A stretch of DNA of 64,000 bases from Octopus vulgaris. Its lineage: Eukaryota. Positions within the stretch are counted from its first letter, which is position 1. Every line of letters begins with the position of its first letter. Below are positions 25,005 through 39,616 of the stretch, in pieces. The notes below the pieces were generated by a model. It was not told the origin of the DNA. It worked only from the letters and a program-made list of their open reading frames with translations, and ran no database searches. Both the position numbers and the translations under genes were made by a program. The stretch is from contig OX597815.1 of assembly GCA_951406725.2 (NCBI GenBank), positions 54,374,001 to 54,438,000 of the forward strand. The letters run 5' to 3'.

Positions 25005-26075
25005 ACACATACAGACAAACATTCAGAAACGAACCCTTCATATAATTACTCTCCCTATATCTCTCCATCTCTCTTTTGCCTGTCGGTCTGTCAATCTGTC
25101 TGTTTCTTTCTCTGTAAATAATGTGTGTGTAATTTGTGAACGTATACGCAGAATATTGAATGCGAGTGTGCAAACATACAATAATACAGGTATACTTTCC
25201 GATAGAAATGGATTCACCATTTCTTCTGAGAAGTCCTGAAATTCTTAACACGCTGGACAAAATGCTTTGCAGTATTTCGTCCGTCTTTACGTTCTGAATT
25301 CAAATTTCGCCAAGGCCGACTTTGCTTTTCATCTTTTTGGGATCAATAAAATATGTATCAGCTGAACAGTGGGGTCTATGTAATGCACCTGCCCTCTCCT
25401 CCCAAACTGAGGTTCTCCAGCCAAAATTCGAAACCAACATTTATCATCCTTGTGTGATAGATAAAATTAATATCCCAGCGATATACATACTTACATTGGG
25501 TCTTAAAGACTCATCAAATCAAATGTGTTTGTTTCCTAATTATGCGTATCTGGGAATTTATATTATTTATAACGAATTTATCTTTTAAATCTAATTTGTT
25601 TCGATGCGTCCCGATAATAGTGTACTACTTTTTGAAAGTAAGACCTCTCAGAGGAATTACTAGATAACCGTAAGCTAAAATTGTTCATTAAATTATCAAC
25701 AATGACAGTCGAGGAAATTTCAGTAATCTTTCTACATAACAACTATTTTGTTGATTTCTTAATAGAGGAGTATTAATCTGTTGTAAAATCTGAAATATAC
25801 CAAAACAACGACAAATTATATAAACTTATTTAAACTGTAATTTTTAGGTTCAAGACTTCCAAGAAGAGATTTTTTTTTTTCCTGTCTAAACGTGTACTAT
25901 TGTATGTGTGCACACTCATACAATAATCTGTGTATACGTTCAGAAATTACACACATACACGCACTCACGTGCATTATTTACAGAGGAATTGACACACAGA
26001 CAGAAGAGTGATGGAGAGATAGAGAGAGAGAGTGATAATATGAAAGATTCGTTTCTGAATGTTAGTCTATATGTT
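25005..26075. repeat. Diverged inverted repeat with arms of about 190 bp (25005-25192 / 25892-26075)
   Basis: acattcagaaacgaa/ttcgtttctgaatgt and tgaacgtatac/gtatacgttca match; ORFs 24982(-) and 25908(+) are similar. Confidence 0.75.
25225..25440 (+). mobile_element. tRNA-derived SINE (family C)
   Basis: Similar to 52006-52111 (aaatgctt..gtatttcgtc.gtcttta.gttctga.ttcaaatt). Confidence 0.7.
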
Positions 26076-26954
26076 GCAGGCAACCATTTCTCATAAAGAA
26101 ACATTTTAAACACTGCAATTCTATAAATCATGTTATCGTCTTCCCTATAAAAGACACATCTATATCTATTTCTCTGCTACTTTAAAAACATGTCCTCCTC
26201 TACTGACATTTATGCATTTTCACCACAACCAGAGTTTGCCCTTTTAACTTCACTCTAACTGTACTTTGCCCTGAGGAAGCGTGTTCAGGAATTATTTATT
26301 AAAATCACTGATCATTGTACGTATAAATATATATCGTCAGAAAATCTATATATTCTCCTTGACAACCGCAATGGCTTTGTGAAAGAGGGAAACAATGTAG
26401 GAATAAAGTAGAGAAACAAAGAAAAGATAAAGAAAAAGAAATAGATATCTCACTAAGTCGAAATTTGTACAAACAGAACAAAATAGATTAGACTAGATTT
26501 AATTCTCATATAGATGAGAACTAAATCTTGTCTAATCTATTTTGTCTCTATAAACTTTAGTAGAAACTGGGTTATTGTGGTCTATATTGTGCAATATAGC
26601 AGTATCTAATCGCAGTAAAACACAGAGATGTTATATTCATAAAAATGCACATGGTGATAATTGAAATTGCGCCAAAATCTTTTCCATAACATATAGAAGG
26701 TCGTAACATCATAATTCTTGCATGATTTCTTTATGTAAAACTTCCCTTTTTGAAGTGCTGTTAACTTCTCTTACAAAACAGTTACTTCATTTCTTTGAAA
26801 CACTGTAATGCATTATGATTAACAAGAGCTACAGTGTCTACAGGGAAATATACTTCCTAATCATTCCTTGTATTGCAGTAAGAGTTCAGTGCTGTCGTCT
26901 ACTTTATTTATGACAAGTCTGAATAATGTAGAAACAAAACAAAAACTACATAAA

Positions 26955-27372
26955 ATAATCCTTTCCACTAGAGGAACTAAACTTGAAATTTTGAGGAAGG
27001 CGACTAGTCGATTTCGGTACTCAGCTGGAACTTAGTTTATCGACCTTGAAAGGATGAAAAGAAAAGTTGACCTCCGAAAAACTTGAACTCAGAAAGTAAG
27101 GACGGACGATATGCTACTAAGCATGTTATCCGACATAAAATTGATTCTGCCAGCCAACCGCCTTAGTAAAAACATAAAATAAGGCTTCAAATTTCGGTAC
27201 AAGTCTAACAATCTCGGGGGAGTCGGTAAGTTGATTAGATCGATCCTAGTGATCAACTAGTACTTATTTTATCGACCTCGGAGTGTTAAAAGGCAAAGTC
27301 GACCTCGGCGAAATTTGAATTCAGAACGTAAAGTCGAACGAAATGCCACGGAGCATTTTACCTGGCATGCTC
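26955..27372 (-). mobile_element. Two adjacent SINE family C copies
   Basis: tttatcgacc...aaagt.gacctc.g..aa.ttgaa.tcagaa.gtaa repeated at 27037 and 27268. Confidence 0.75.
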
Positions 27373-28109
27373 AAAAAATGAAAATACTTGTAATTACATA
27401 ACACAAGATAGTACTTATGCAGTTATTCGAACAGCTAAAACAGCCGCCTGATCTTTCAAAAAAGGTAATAACGTTTCGGGTACTTCATATATGCATTCGG
27501 TTTTACTGAAAACTAGAATAAAAATCAGTATTGGGTCTTTAAATAAATATATAAATAAATAAATAAACTATAGTAGGCGAGAAAAATAACAAATAAATGA
27601 AACGAATTAAGCAAAAGAAATTCATAAATAAGAAAATAAATAACGTAAAATAACTTTTTAACAGAGTAATTAATAGATGATATTACGATTTCATTACTAA
27701 AAACACCCTGAACCAAGTTCGAGTCGAGTTAATACCAAAAATTACCATATGAGTTCCCTTCGCATTAGGTTGTATAAACAATTTTATATTGCTAACAGCT
27801 ATTTGGAACAGTAATTACATGGTAGACGAGTTTACAATGTGTTAGGTCAAGTGCTCTATTCTTCAACCAAATCTTCATCTTTTAATCTCTCTAAGTTAAT
27901 GAACCACAGAAAGAGCTCCTATGTGGTTATTGAATCTGCTAGTAATAGCAAACAATTTTTCCCTTCCACCTCGCGCTACGGTCTTATAAATGTAATAACA
28001 TTGTGGATAATATAGTAATAAATAAACAATGACGGGCAAAAGAGAGCTTTTACCAGAGCTGTACTGGTAATATGCTTATTCAGTGTGCAGACATCTACTA
28101 CTAATACTG

Positions 28110-28148
<39 letters not shown>

Positions 28149-28394
28149 GTACTACTGCTGCTGCTGCTGTTGCTGCTGCTGCTACCAGCGGCAAGAACAA
28201 CATCCCACAGCGTTACGATTAGTGCTACTTCACGTACTGCAGTTAGATGTGTTTTTGCAGCAAGCACTTTGTTGCAACTATATTATACATACATTGCACA
28301 TATATATGAGTCTATTTTCATATGTGTGTGTGTGTGCGTATACATATATATGTATATATAACCTTATATTTATATATATATAATATATATATGG

Positions 28395-28445
<51 letters not shown>

Positions 28446-28473
28446 TATATATGTATATGTGTACATATATATA

Positions 28474-28645
28474 ATTAAAATAAGCAACAAGGATATCCAA
28501 AGGTAATGCAGCACGATCGTTTCATGCGACTCCATTTAATTAAACAATGCAAGTATTACATCAGATTTAAATAATAACGTACCAAATTCTGGTGCCTTTA
28601 ACTTAAGTACCATATTCAACTGAATCTAAATTTTTACTGAACTTA
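28474..28645. mobile_element. Micro-insertion of a PLE terminus with internal inversion, related to the 6181-9121 family
   Basis: 28482-28527 resembles 6309-6351 (hammerhead 3' half); 28591-28625 is the reverse complement of about 6215-6250; in (TA)n. Confidence 0.65.
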
Positions 28646-28693
28646 TATATACATATATATATATATATATACCAAAATATATATATATATATA

Positions 28694-29397
28694 CTAGCTT
28701 AAGGTGACCCGCTCTACGCGCGGGTGAGGGTGTGGTTGTTACTTTCTGTTGCTTCCTTTCTGTTTCTTATCGCCACATTCTCCCTCTTTGCTTCTCTCTT
28801 TTCTCTCTCACTTTCCCACTCTGATACTCTTCCTTTCTCTCGGACTCTCTATCGCTTGTACGTGCTACTATGTGAGCGATTAGAAATAAGGAAAAAAGGG
28901 ATTTCTTTGTTAAATTTAGTACTTATTTTGAGAATCTTTCGACGATTGACCATGCAAATGAAAGCTCTAAACACTGGCTACATGCAGCTGTAAATTTCTT
29001 TCAGAAAAAAATGAAAACTATGAACAATAAAAAATAAAAGGCAAAAATACATATAAATGCTAAATTTTTTTCAATTTCAAAATTTCGAACCTATTTCCCG
29101 CGCTTAAATTATAAATCCACTTCCACTTTACCATGTTGAAAATTTTATTGAAATCGGGCAAAAGGTGTCTAATCTAGACCCCCAAGTGTCCCCAAAAATC
29201 AACAAAATGCCCGTTTTCACAGCAAAGCAAATACTGTAGTACCCCAAAACGTCTCCCAATCAATTTCTCACCTCAAGTTACCCCTCCTGTAAATTTTAAT
29301 CCCCTTTCAGCCCCATTTAGACCCCTTTTTTTTACATAAAAATCCAATTATTATCAACGTTCGCCTTCTTCATTTTATAGATTAGATTAGATTAGAA
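28694..29397 (-). mobile_element. Non-autonomous Helitron-like element
   Basis: Minus-strand 3' end acccgc-gcgtaga-gcgggt hairpin followed by CTAG|t in (TA)n; other end begins TC(taatc)n. Confidence 0.6.
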
Positions 29398-29835
29398 TCG
29401 ATTAGAAGCTTGAATCGATAAAAAAATCACTCTTATCACTGTAGCAACCACATCTTTTCAGATGGCGAGTTTTAACCTATTCAACTCTCTGCTTCATCAC
29501 GACTTCTATACGTGTGTCAATTTTCACCTCGATCCGACCACTGATCTGGCCGCCAACCTCTGACGTAGCAAAATGTGCACACAATTTTGACCCCAAGCCT
29601 CTCTTATATATATAGATATATACCAAAATGATACAAGGACGCAAAACATCCAGACAGACGATACAAAGAAAACAAGTACGGGTCATTCGGAGTTATCTAT
29701 CCTCAGTCGAGTTCCAGATTATCTTTGCGATTTCTGCTGGTTATACTCGAGATTGCTCTCATCTGGCCAGATATATATATATATATATATATACGTGCGT
29801 ATTTATATATATGTGCATATATAAATAGATATATA

Positions 29836-29880
<45 letters not shown>

Positions 29881-30001
29881 ATATACCACCATGCTGAAAA
29901 TAGCAGCCAGGGTCTGACTCTAAAATCACCTTAAGTTTTCATATAGCACAAGGAGAGAAAACAAAAAGGCAAAATAAAACTAGTAAAAATTTACTGGATA
30001 A

Positions 30002-30058
30002 TTCCAGATCCCGAATTACTGACTTTGCATTTAGAAATGCTTTGCCTCATCAGTGGAA
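30002..30058 (-). ncRNA. Hammerhead-like motif with altered core
   Basis: ttcca CTGATGA ggc..gcattt-cta-aatgc..gtc a GTAA ttcggga TC tggaa; perfect stem I; within a (TA)n-flanked insert 29885-30078. Confidence 0.6.
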
Positions 30059-30075
30059 TAGGCGCAGAGAGAAAC

Positions 30076-30117
<42 letters not shown>

Positions 30118-30243
30118 CATACGAATACTTACATATACGAACGTATACATACATATATATGCACGTATGCATCATGACCAGTTTAAAATGCTCGCTTCTT
30201 AATTCCATGTGTGATATGGTTAAACCATCACCGCAGTAAATAC

Positions 30244-30295
<52 letters not shown>

Positions 30296-30568
30296 ATACA
30301 CACACTTATTCACTTACGTATGCACATGTGCGTAGTTACACGCTCACACACACATCTATATATACTGGTATACACACCTACAATATATACATGTGCGCAT
30401 GTTTTTGTGTGTTCGCGCGCGCGCGTTTTCTCCACTTGTCTTGCATATATCCACAGTTTGACTATGGCGCTTTCACCTATTTAAGCTTTTCAAACGTTTA
30501 GCAGCAGATTATGTCTAGTATATTTTGTGCACCTTCATATAAATTTAATAGCAATCTTAGACATGGGA

Positions 30569-30639
<71 letters not shown>

Positions 30640-33347
30640 TGCGTACAAGGATGCAAAACATCCAGACAGACGTTTTTCAAATTAATGTCTTTCTAAATAG
30701 TAAATCAATAATGTAACGCTGCAATAGGGATGAAACTATCTAAATCTTCTCTTTGCTGATGGTTCTATGATTTATACTTTCACTGATGTGCTGCGCTTTG
30801 TTGCCCAACAACACAATTAACTCTACTTGCTTTCAAGTAAGGACGAGATCAATGTTGTCAAGTTGACTTAGTCAAGCTAATCCCCACAGGTGTCTCGAGA
30901 ACTTTAAATGAGTAAGAGACAGTATTAAATGTTAATTGTATTTTCCGCTTAGTTGAAAATCACACGAATGAATTAAAACTTAACACTTGCGATATTACTT
31001 TTGAACTTAGTTCTGTTTCTCAAGAAAAATAACTTCAATGAAATTTCTGTGTCAGAGGAATTCTTCATTCGCCTATCCTCGGATGTGTGTAGGAATAACT
31101 GAAACGTCATTTTTTGCCAAAACGCTAGAGGCTTGGTGTCTCCTCATTCCGTCTGGCCCTGAGTTATTCTTTCCGTTTGAAACTACAAGTAGACCGCTCA
31201 GTATCAAGGCTTCCCCTTGACTCTTGACAAGTGATGCACATTTTGTGGTGTTATATTCTTTGAAGCACTACTATTGTTTGAGCATTCTCTCGTGCCAAAA
31301 TACTCTAATAATTGTGAGTAGAATAGGTCTTTGAACGCTACCTATTCTGCTTTTAAATGAGTATGCGAGCGGTTGGAGCTTCTAGGTTTGCGCCCCTCGT
31401 GCTCTCTAACATAAAAGAAAACACACGTTGGTGTTTATCCTTCTGTTCACAGTCTGGATCTGGACAGTGAAACTGCACATGAGAATTCTGAGGACTGAAT
31501 TGAGGCTCATAATCGCGAAATTTCATATTCATTATCCTTATACAGCTGTATCACATAAGGCATGCATAAAATGGTAAATCCAACTATTCGTTTATGGTTG
31601 TAGGGTTATTATCTGGGAGTATTTGACTTATCCATTATTATCTAAATTACCTTAACCATGTGGTTTCTTACTGATACTTTACACATTTTTTTATATATAT
31701 TAAAATATATATTAAAATTACTAGCTAGTATGTTACAAAATAACATTGATTTCTGACATAAGCAGAGGGACTTATAAGTGATGGACAAATGAGAGCTGTT
31801 AACTCTGATCGAATACATGGATGGTGCTATATTTTATCTTCATGATTATAGATGAAATACAGTTTCAATATACCGCATGGCATTATTTCTGTTATGTTGA
31901 TTCTAATAATCCTTCACCCATCACAAAATAATATTTATTTCTTAGACAGGCTTAGGCTATATACTTCACGTTATATTTTCTGTAACCATGAAGGCTGAGA
32001 AACAAAATTGACATCGGTGAGATTTCACTCAGAACATAAGGGGCCGTAACTAAATGCAACAAGGTATTCTATTCAACGTTAGTAAGGTTCTATCTACCCA
32101 GTTCATCGTTGCAAAATAATATTACAAAAACCATCACGGTCCAGAAATGTTATATAAATCTTTAATTATCTTTGGATTAAATCTATCGTGAGAAATCAAT
32201 CTCTTTGAACAGAGAGCTAGCCTATCGCAGAAAATATTCCTAGATTTTATAGAATTCCTCGAAAGAAATGTAGATTAAACCGTCAAACAATAAGCGCAGA
32301 TAAATGAAGAGAGGTATGAAGTACGTTACGTAAACTGGCACTTCAATATCTTAAATAGTCACTTTCTCTTCCCAAATACTTTATTACAGATTGTTTCATT
32401 CTCTTTAGCGTACAGTATCCTAGATCCGTAGCTTAAATAGATCGTTATTCTATCAGTGATTCAGTGTATGATTACATTGTTTGATTTTTCAAGACAACCC
32501 TGCCAAACTTGTCTTACCAACCATATTAAATTTGGAACGCTGATGTTTAGAGCATTGTATGCTATCCAATTTCTTTTGCATTAATCAAACGCAAGCACTG
32601 ATTGATTCACTTAGTGAAGGTTAATCGAACAATTAGAAATTCTAGATTTGTCTTCCTCAAAAGGCCGACTTACATTGAAAACTGTAATTTGTTTTTAAAT
32701 GTAGTATTATGTGAAATTATCCTTACACTTTAGAAGGCATAACCAGTTATAGAAGGCTAGTACGGTATATTCTTTGTAACTATTCTTAAAATTGGAATAA
32801 AAACGCCAATAAAAAGAGAAAATAAATAGTAACTTCATAGAAATTACTTATGACGACAAACAACGGGGAAAAAGTGTTAAGAGGAAAAGTAGTTTCTAAT
32901 CAGAGAGCGCAATGTCTCAAGTACAGAGTTGTTTCTTTTTATAATTTACATAGATAAAATTTTAGGTAAGCGTCACCTTATTATACTGCGGAGGGAGCTA
33001 CTCTGCAGCGAAGTTCTCATATGAAATATACTTAGAAAACTTCCATCAACTTAGATTGTCCAAGCAATTAGTACCTAAGGGTGAGGGGATTAGAAGTAAG
33101 GAAAATACTTTTAATACGATTACTGCACTGACATTTTGGTGCAATATAGAAAATACGGATTTGGTGAGTCTGACATTTACAGACAACTGCTAAAAACGAA
33201 AGACAGATCTTGCACGTAACAAATGTCCAAAGTGAAATTCCATGAGTTGAAAAATATAGATATAAATATAATACTATGATGCTGATGATGCTTAATAACT
33301 TCATGGTTGAGAAAATACGTCTTAAAGGAGTGTATACACACACACAC

Positions 33348-33418
<71 letters not shown>

Positions 33419-33816
33419 TATGACAGGTTTCTTTCACTTTCCAGATCTACTCACAAGATATTGGTGGGTTTGAGACTAGAGTAGAAGAGATTTGCCCAAA
33501 GTGACACGCAGCGGTACTGAACCTCGAATCGTGTGCTCCCAAATTTTAGTAATTTCTTTTATGATCCAAAAGTAGGTCAAAAGTACTGAATGGATCTCTA
33601 TGAAATTTGGAAATTATATTCTATGCATAAGGGCCATAACCCCATGGTAATTCATATATTTTTGCTGTTGATGAAATTTTAACCATAGATATTAGACACA
33701 AGTAATATTTATAAAATTTCATCTTCTTACAAGTTAGAAAGACCCCTCCATTGGGACTTAACACCCATAATTTTACCATTTTATTTAAGCAAAGGCGAAT
33801 ACAGTTTTACTCTTGG

Positions 33817-34130
<314 letters not shown>

Positions 34131-34406
34131 TACACTCAAACACATACAAAGATAAACTGATAGATACGACTGAGTCGGTAAACAAAAATATGAGACACAG
34201 CCTCGTAGTTTTTTTTGTCGATAAGCCTAGTACTTATTCTATTAGTTTGTTCTTGTGAAACCAGTAAGTTATGGGGAAGTAAATAAATGAACAGCATTTG
34301 TGAAACAGTTGTGAGGGCGAAACACAGAGACAAAGACACATACATACATTTATATAGATACATATATATACGATTGATTTGTATCAGTTCCTGTCTACGA
34401 AGTCTA

Positions 34407-34478
<72 letters not shown>

Positions 34479-34479
<1 letters not shown>

Positions 34480-35145
34480 ACAAGATAAGAAAATGGAGAA
34501 ATACATCTAAATCAAATATCAATTACCAGATAATACTCAATCACATACTTTATTAAACCACCACATAAGAGACTGTAGGGTTAAATATAAAAAGCAGAAC
34601 AAATCAGTGTACATAAAGGAATGTACATAAAAAAGTGTACATAAAAGAGTAATATTGGTAAAATGAGACATAGTTATTGGTAAAATGAGACATAGTTATC
34701 GGCATGGCCGAAACAGCTGTAAGATCTAATTTATACTTATATTTATATTTACTTGTATTTATATTCTTTTTTATATATATTCTAATTATTATACAATATT
34801 ACTCTTATATGTACACTTTTTTATGTACATTCCTTTATGTACACTGATTTGTTCTGCTTTTTATATTTAACCCTACAGTCTCTTATGTGGTGGTTTAATA
34901 AAGTATGTGATTGAGTATTATCTGGTAATTGATATTTGATTTAGATGTATTTCTCCATTTTCTTATCTTGTATTAGTAATTTGTGGTAAATCATTTTACC
35001 TTTGCCCATATTATACAGTAAATGAATTGATTGTATCGCAATCATTAACATTTATGTATTAACTTTGTTGGGTACTGCAGTAGCAGTATATTGGATATAC
35101 GTTATCCCATAGAGGGTTGCATTTACAACCCCTATCTCAATTTGT
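34479..35145 (+). mobile_element. ORF-less PLE pLTR unit with inverted arms of about 180 bp, in (TA)n
   Basis: Arms 34479-34657 / 34794-34972 nearly identical; spacer holds a hammerhead 3' half (gcc GAAA cagctg TA agatc, 34707-34726). Confidence 0.75.
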
Positions 35146-35147
35146 AT

Positions 35148-35184
<37 letters not shown>

Positions 35185-36350
35185 CACATATATGTATGTA
35201 TGTATACACCCCACCACACACACACACAAAGTTAAATTGATAGATACAACTGAGTGGGCAAACAAAAATATGAGACACTGACTAGTGCTTTTTTATTATT
35301 TTCATAAGCCTGGAACTTATTCTATCAGTTTCTTCTAGTGAATCCAGTATGTTATGCGGATGTAAATAAACGAACACCATTTGTGAAGCAGTGATGAGGG
35401 AGAAACTCAAAGACACACACATAGACTTACATATATAAATACATATATATATATATATATATATATACAATCGATTTCTTTCAGTTTCTGTCTACAAAAT
35501 TCACTTACAAGGCTTTGGTTGGTCTGAGGCAAAAGACACATGACAAGTTACCACACAGTGGGACTGAATTCAGGACCATGTGTTTTGGAACCAAGTTTGT
35601 TACCACACAGCCACACCTGCACCTATGTACGTTTGTGTGTGTGTGTATAGGTGTATATATGTATGCATGTATAAATGTGTATATATATGTGTACATATTA
35701 CATGTACATCTATATATATATACATCTACACATACATGTATACATATACATCTATATCAATAGAAATACATCTATACATATACATCTATACATATACTTC
35801 TATATATATATATATACATGTATATATATACATCTATACATATACTTCTATATATATATATACATCCATATATATACATGTATATAGATATATATACATA
35901 TATATGTATAAATCTCTCTCTATATATATATACATGTAAATTTAAATTTAAAATAATAAGTGTGAAAATTTGAATATTAATTTGATTAATATGAATTTAA
36001 AATCAGTGTTGTAGCATATAAGACCATAGCAGATCATCTACCATAATGGATGTCCAATTACAGTTCATCTCTGTTATATAATAGTTTCACTTTAATAGCT
36101 TCAGTATTAAAGTGAAAGCATCTCACATTACAATGGAGACATGTTTTTGCTTCGCTTTTGACACGTAATACTGAAATAGTGAAGAAGATATAATATTGCT
36201 GTGGACTTGCACTAGGCAAAAAGTAAAAGTTTTTTTGCCCATGACACTACATGGACCCTAAGTAAGGGATTTGTAGAATTTGAATGAAATTGGTTGTGTA
36301 GTTCTCAAGTTTTAGTGGATTCACACAGACAGACAGACACACATTTTCAG

Positions 36351-36417
<67 letters not shown>

Positions 36418-36424
36418 ATTTATT

Positions 36425-36670
36425 CATTTCTTTTTGTTGTTTTATTTGTTTCAGTCATTTTACTCCAGCCATACTGAAGCACCAAATTGAAACATTTTTA
36501 ATGAAACAAATTGACTCAAGCAGATATTTCTTATGCCAAGTACTCATTCTGTCAGTTACTCTTACTGAACCACTAAGTTACGAGGACATGAACACATCAA
36601 CACCGCTTGTCAAGTGCTGATGGGGAGACAAACACAGGCACAAAGACTCACACACAGATATATATGTATA

Positions 36671-36705
<35 letters not shown>

Positions 36706-36880
36706 GTGTGTGTATGTAAACGACAGGCTCCTTTCTGTTTTCGTCTACCAAATCCAGTCACAAATCTTTAGTCAGCCAGAGGCTGTAGTAGAAAAGATGT
36801 GCCCAAGTTGCCACGCAGTGGTACTAAATGCGGAACTATGAGATTGCGAAGAAAGCTTCTTACACACAGCCATGCATGCA
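36425..36880 (-). mobile_element. SINE (family A)
   Basis: Reverse complement of 39617-40014. Confidence 0.75.
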
Positions 36881-38840
36881 CATAGACAGTAAATTTGACT
36901 TACAGCTATTTCCAGTAATCGATATCGAGTTGTTATTTATTCTTTTAAACAATCGGTCTATTGATGGGTCGTTAAAAATTGCACAACCAGAAATTGCTGT
37001 GATGAAATTTTTTGGGTCATTCAATTTTTCTAAACCGATCAATGTAGCAATTGAGTAAATCCATCAACAACGAACCTATAAGGACTACTGGAAACAGATG
37101 TAAGTCAAATTTATTGCAACAAAGAAAAAAATATGTAATGATCATTATTTATACATTGTCTTGTCTAAAATTCAGTATAACTAGAGCACAACCACAGATT
37201 TACAATATGGATTGGTGACAAACTATAACTGGTATAGAGGCCAGCGTCACGGATTCGAACTGCACAACATTGCATTGGAATGACGTCAAGGAGAGACATG
37301 CTCAGCAGTTGGTTTCTTTCAGAAAAAAGAAGCAAAGACATCTAACATCTATATATCCAATATGCAATGGGCCTTTAAACAGAGGACTTCGGACAAACCA
37401 CATATAAGCTGAAAGTCATTAAGGCCAGCAAAAAAAAAGGGCCCGAGACAGCAAATGTGACTTCTGTATCACAGAAAATTTAAATAAAATAACATCAACT
37501 GTGAACATTTGAGTATTAGGGAAGCAACTGTATCTCCTTTCATGCACAAGTAATGATTCATACTTTGGAATTTCAGCCATGATCGCTTATCCTCCTTTCC
37601 ATCTATCCAAACGGGTTACATTTTGGGGATTTCAATTATACACACAAGTATTACAGAGGCATACCCCATTAAAACCATACAGGAACTTTTAACTACGCAG
37701 ATATATGTGCATAACACATATTCTGACACCATACGATTTAGAAAATATATAAATGAATTTATAGATAGATGTATATGAAATTATAAATATTCTTATGATC
37801 TTACTACTCTGCGACCCTTCAAGAGAGTTAAGGTTTCTTCGCCACATCCTTGACTATACTGCTCAACAAAATCTCAGTAATTTGAATCTAGTAAACATCA
37901 TTGTAGCTCCCTGGTCGGCCGGTTTGCATCAAATTATAACCTCGCCATACTCTACTTTCATTTATTTATTTGCCCCAACATATCACAACTTCTCACTTGA
38001 TCTCGGATGCAAACGGTTAGCAGAAAGACAAAACATTATTACACAATTTAAACGGGAATATCCTTTGCTCAGTACATCTAACAAAGATCAAAGAGACACA
38101 GCTAAAGGGTATTGATTCTTATCAGCTAAATAGAAGTTTGTGCTTTGTTTTCTATGTTCATTTTATATTTTAGGTATTATCATATCTTAGATGTTACATC
38201 TCAAACTGCGTTTTTGTTTGCTTGTATTTACCCCTTCGTTTGTGACTTCTTGCATTCAGTTAAGTAAAATATAAATAAATATATAAAATATAAATAAATA
38301 TATAAATATATATACATAACGATACCAAACATTGGATTTCTTTAAAATTTCACAAGCATCATCTGTTACAACTTTACATATATTATATTCCTAATATAAA
38401 AAGAAAATTCAATATCTACTATAGTTATCTTTGTTTGTATACCCTCGAGAGGGTGGCGGCTAATGTTGGTAAATTCGTGACTAAGTTACTAACCGAAATA
38501 AGAGGATCTATTGTTTAGGAAAATATCATTTACTTGTTTAAGGCTTATACTAGTTAAATTGCGAAAATAACTCTAACGGTTTAAATACTAAGAAATAAGC
38601 ATACTCAATTTCATTTTACCAAATAATTTAGGAAAATGAATGGGTTATTTCCCTTGGATATATATAAGGATCCCTTCCAGGGACCTTATTATCGACTTAT
38701 TCTACAACCTGAGTATGCCATGAGGGTTCCAGACCTGAGTTCTACTCACGTGTCAAGTTTCATCAAAATCAATAAAATGATGTAGGAGTTAGCTAACAAT
38801 TCCACAAAAACACCCACAAACAGAATTTCCCACATATGTA

Positions 38841-38895
<55 letters not shown>

Positions 38896-38991
38896 CATTT
38901 GTTTACCTTTTCCTCAGCTGAACACTACAAGTTATACTGGGAGAGCAAAATAAAGCTAACAAAAATTCAGTCTCAGAGGTGTACTTTTGCG

Positions 38992-39043
<52 letters not shown>

Positions 39044-39616
39044 CACATGACATTATAACGAAACGATGTTTAGTCAGAGGTGACTATCAGCTATGTCTAG
39101 ACTAGACACTGCAGAAAGATAGATGCAAAGTTATAGAAAAATGAGAGGAGAATGAAGGAAACCGAAAAAAAACAGAAGAAAAACTCAAGACAACAGCACC
39201 TATACTATTGTTGACAGTGACTTCAAAATATCAGGGATGGCGGCTAGTATGGGTGGCTCTCGTGGCGGATATGCAGTGTGTTAAGATGTGAAATATCTAC
39301 ATGAGATTTGGGGGCATTTGAAAATTTGTACACTCTTTAAGCCTGTTTTCCCCCAACATGTAGCTATTTCTTTTACTGTAATTTTACTACGTCGTTGATA
39401 GGTATGTCTCATTGCGTAAATAGTTAGGTACATTTCTATGAACTGTGTTTGTGTGGGGGATGCGCGTGTGTATGTAGTAGTAGTAGTAGTAGTAGTAGTA
39501 GGAGGAGGAGGAGGGGAGGAGGGATTCGAAGAATCAAACAGATCTCATAGTAAGTTCTCTGACAAGTGTATGCTTAACAGTGGTTAGGGCAAATATTTGT
39601 GTTTTTCTGAAAATCT

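Noticed and set aside
26268-26345. CTGAGGA followed by a partial hairpin
   Set aside because: No properly placed GAAA..UH or closing stem
29675-29715. Minus-strand CTGAGGA..GAAT motif in a (TA)n insert
   Set aside because: No GAAA and no convincing stem I; possibly a pLTR remnant but not callable
31040-31500. Minus-strand SGPDG string suggesting an old LINE RT
   Set aside because: A single short motif amid stops is insufficient support
39238-39285. GC-rich mini-ORF MAASMGGSRGGYAVC as a possible host exon
   Set aside because: Too short, with no splice support or recognisable homology
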